Source: a virus | Reading direction: 5' to 3' (one strand) | DNA length: 64,000 nucleotides | Virus record (IMG/VR): IMGVR_UViG_3300047554_000329 | Location: 1-64,000 of that record | Shown here: positions 61,067 through 64,000 of the stretch, in pieces | How the letters are laid out: each line of letters starts with the position of its first letter | Position numbering within the stretch: position 1 is the first letter of the stretch | The notes under the pieces: model-generated | The model's database searches: none | Told to the model about the DNA's origin: nothing | The model's input: only the letters and a program-made list of their open reading frames with translations | Position numbers and translations under genes: made by a program

Positions 61067-64000
61067 ATGAGCTACGCTCCACTTCACGTTCACACACACT
61101 ATAGCCTATTCGATGGCATTGCTACACCACAGGAGTACGTTGACCGTGCTGTGTCTGTGGGTATGACCTCTATCTCAATCACAGACCACGGTTCTCTATC
61201 TGGTCACCGTGAGATGTATCGTGCTGCCAAAGCAGCAGGTATCAAGCCAATCCTTGGAGTTGAAGGATATATCTGTAAAGACCGCTTTGACCACGAAGAA
61301 AAGGATAAGACAGACCTACTCAACCTAAACTACAACCACCTTATCATTCTTGCCAAGAACAAGGTAGGTCTAGAAAACCTTAACAAGCTTAATGAGCTTG
61401 CCTGGACAGAGGGTTTCTTTAAGAAGCCTCGTATGGACTGGAGCATTCTAGAGCAATACAAAGAGGGTCTAGTCATTACTTCTGGATGTCTTTCAGGATT
61501 TCTTTGCAAGGCTATCGAAGCAGACAACCTAGCAGTAGCCAAGGAACACATCAAGTGGGCTAAGGATACTTTTGGTGACGACTACTACATTGAAGTTATG
61601 CCACACAACCCTGCAGAAGTAAACAAGATGCTACTTGACCTTGCAGATGAATTTGGTATCAAGCCTGTAATTACTCCAGACTGCCACCACGCAGACAAGT
61701 CACAGCGTGACATTCAAGAACTCAAGCTTATCCTAAACTCATACTCTAACAAAACTGAGAAAGAAGTAACTTTCGCTGGTACTCAGAAGTACGACAACCT
61801 TATGGACAAGCTAGACTACTTGTATGGTGCAGACCGTCAGATGTCTTTCAAGAACTTTGAGATTCACCTATTGTCTGACGAAGAGATGCGTAACGCCATG
61901 CTTGCTCAGGGCATTGACCGTGAAGATATGTACCAGAACAGCAAGGACATTGCAGACCAGATTGAAGACTATGAGATTCAAGATAATCTAGATTTGCTTC
62001 CAGCACAGTATGTTAACCCAGACCAAGAGCTATATGAACTAGCGATTGAGGGGCTTACTAAGCGTGGACTACACACTAACCAGGAGTACCTAGACAGACT
62101 TGATGAAGAGCTTTCTGTTATCAAAGACAAGAAGTTTGGACCTTACTTCCTAGTTGTTCGTAATATGATTAACTGGGCTAAGAAAGAAGACATCATGGTA
62201 GGACCAGGACGTGGTTCTGCTGCGGGTTCACTGCTCTGCTATGCTCTTGGTATCACAGACGTAGACCCAATTCAGCATGGTCTTCTGTTCTTCCGATTCA
62301 TTAACCCAGAGCGTAACGACTTCCCAGATATCGATACAGATATCCAGGACTCACGCCGAGAAGAGGTTAAGGACTACCTTGTTCGCCAATACCGTCACGT
62401 TGCATCTATTGCAACATTCCTTGAGTTCAAGGGCAAGGGTATTGTTCGTGACGTGGCTCGTGTTCTAAACATTCCGCTACCTGACGTTAACAAGGTTCTT
62501 AAGCTTGTAGACGACTGGGACGAGTACCTAACGTCTAAGTCAACAGCAGAGTTCCGTGAGAAGTATCCAGAGATTGAAGAGTATGGCGAGCAATTGCGTG
62601 GTCGTATTCGTGGTACTGGTATCCACGCTGCAGGTGTTGTAACGTCTAAGGAGCCTATCTTTAAGTTCGCACCACTAGAAACACGTACCAGTCCTGGCAA
62701 TAAGGAGCGTATCCCTGTTGTGGCGGTAGACATGGAAGAAGCAGAGCGTATCGGTCTGATTAAGATTGACGCACTTGGTCTAAAGACTCTATCCGTTATT
62801 CAGGACACGCTAAAGATTATTGAAGAGCGTACTAACGAGAAGATTGACCTACACAAGATTGACATGGAAGACAAAAAGGTTTACGCCATGTTGTCTGACG
62901 GATTCACCAAGGGCGTGTTCCAGTGTGAAGCCACACCATACACAAACCTGCTAGTTAAGATGGGTGTTAAAAACTTTAATGAGTTGGCTGCATCTAACGC
63001 TCTAGTTCGCCCAGGTGCTATGAACACCATTGGTAAAGACTACATTGCTCGTAAGCATGGTAAGCAAAACCTAGACTACAAGCACGTCAACATGAAGAAG
63101 TTTACCGAAGAGACTTACGGATGTATTCTTTATCAGGAACAAGTTATGCTTGCTTGTACTGAACTTGGTGGAATGACCATGGCAGAAGCTGACAAGGTTC
63201 GTAAGATTATTGGTAAGAAAAAGGATGCTAAAGAGTTCAAGCAGTTCCAAGACAAGTTTGTTGAGGGTGCTTCACGCTTCCTATCTCCAAACGTTGCAGA
63301 AGACCTGTGGCACGACTTTGAGGCTCACGCAGGGTACTCGTTCAACAAGTCTCACGCTGTAGCATACTCAACGCTATCATACTGGACAGCATGGCTAAAG
63401 TATCACTATCCAATTGAGTTTATGTATTCATTGCTCAAGAACGAGGGCGACAAGGATGCTCGCACAGAGTACCTAATCGAAGCAAAGCGTATGGGTATTC
63501 CTATCCGTCTACCACACATCAACGACTCAGACATTGACTTTACAATCGAAGGAAAGGGAATCCGCTTTGGACTTTCAGCAATCAAATACATTTCTGACAA
63601 CATTGCTTCTAAGTATATTGCTGCTCGCCCTTTTAGCTCCTACAAACAACTTGAGGAGTTTAGTTTTGGCAAGGGCAATGGTGTTAATAGCCGTGCCTTG
63701 CAAGCTCTTCGTCTTATTGGTGCTGCAACTTTTGATGATAATCCTAGGAATGATGAAGAAGTTAAAGAAAATCTTTACGAATACCTAAACCTACCAGAGT
63801 TTAACGTATCGATTCCACAGCACTACCACGCATTTATTAATGACGTAGAAGAGTATGAGGAAAAGGGTTCGTTTATCCTAATGGGTATGGTCAAGGGTAT
63901 CAAGCGTGGCAAAGGTTGGTCACGAGTTGAGATTCTAGATAAGACTGGTAGTGTTGGCATCTTCGATGAAGAGCAGTCAACTATCGAAGCAGGTCGCACT
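61067..64000 (+). CDS. dnaE: DNA polymerase III alpha subunit, truncated by window end
   Basis: PHP LHVHTHYSLFDG...ITDHG, GPGRGSAAGS, FPDIDTD, FNKSHAVAY; absent from ORF track because it lacks a stop. Confidence 0.95.
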   Translation, partial: MSYAPLHVHTHYSLFDGIATPQEYVDRAVSVGMTSISITDHGSLSGHREMYRAAKAAGIKPILGVEGYICKDRFDHEEKDKTDLLNLNYNHLIILAKNKVGLENLNKLNELAWTEGFFKKPRMDWSILEQYKEGLVITSGCLSGFLCKAIEADNLAVAKEHIKWAKDTFGDDYYIEVMPHNPAEVNKMLLDLADEFGIKPVITPDCHHADKSQRDIQELKLILNSYSNKTEKEVTFAGTQKYDNLMDKLDYLYGADRQMSFKNFEIHLLSDEEMRNAMLAQGIDREDMYQNSKDIADQIEDYEIQDNLDLLPAQYVNPDQELYELAIEGLTKRGLHTNQEYLDRLDEELSVIKDKKFGPYFLVVRNMINWAKKEDIMVGPGRGSAAGSLLCYALGITDVDPIQHGLLFFRFINPERNDFPDIDTDIQDSRREEVKDYLVRQYRHVASIATFLEFKGKGIVRDVARVLNIPLPDVNKVLKLVDDWDEYLTSKSTAEFREKYPEIEEYGEQLRGRIRGTGIHAAGVVTSKEPIFKFAPLETRTSPGNKERIPVVAVDMEEAERIGLIKIDALGLKTLSVIQDTLKIIEERTNEKIDLHKIDMEDKKVYAMLSDGFTKGVFQCEATPYTNLLVKMGVKNFNELAASNALVRPGAMNTIGKDYIARKHGKQNLDYKHVNMKKFTEETYGCILYQEQVMLACTELGGMTMAEADKVRKIIGKKKDAKEFKQFQDKFVEGASRFLSPNVAEDLWHDFEAHAGYSFNKSHAVAYSTLSYWTAWLKYHYPIEFMYSLLKNEGDKDARTEYLIEAKRMGIPIRLPHINDSDIDFTIEGKGIRFGLSAIKYISDNIASKYIAARPFSSYKQLEEFSFGKGNGVNSRALQALRLIGAATFDDNPRNDEEVKENLYEYLNLPEFNVSIPQHYHAFINDVEEYEEKGSFILMGMVKGIKRGKGWSRVEILDKTGSVGIFDEEQSTIEAGRT

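Overview
64 kb fragment of a large tailed (siphovirus-like) dsDNA phage, most likely infecting an actinobacterium (inferred from the LexA, WhiA and MtrA/GlnR-type motifs, the leaderless TANNNT promoters and a DUF2746-like membrane protein). There are three zones. (1) About 0.9-15.4 kb is a leftward early/accessory region of many small genes and a tRNA-Gln(TTG). Nearly every gene has its own copy of an unusual promoter (AAATGTCYG-N10-TANNNT, about 30 copies). The cassettes are separated by a stereotyped intergenic module anchored on GCCCGACCC (16 copies), into which different host transcription-factor operators are slotted: tandem NrdR boxes, LexA SOS boxes, DnaA boxes, WhiA-type GACAC next to a -35, and MtrA/GlnR-type direct repeats. 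(2) About 15.5-56.8 kb holds virion genes: collagen-like fibre plus glycosyltransferase, two related fibres, portal, protease/scaffold, capsid, neck, tail tube, two paralogous tail chaperones, tape measure and tail tip. An NlpC/P60 moron and a class II RNR are embedded here. (3) About 56.8-64 kb holds replication genes: HTH protein, DnaB, primase, SSB and DnaE running off the window. A covarying H-type RNA pseudoknot recurs five times just downstream of stop codons. The best candidates for undescribed biology are the host-operator array (decoy or sensor), the pseudoknot family, and the apparent replacement of the tail-chaperone frameshift by gene duplication. All motif counts were made by eye and need computational confirmation.
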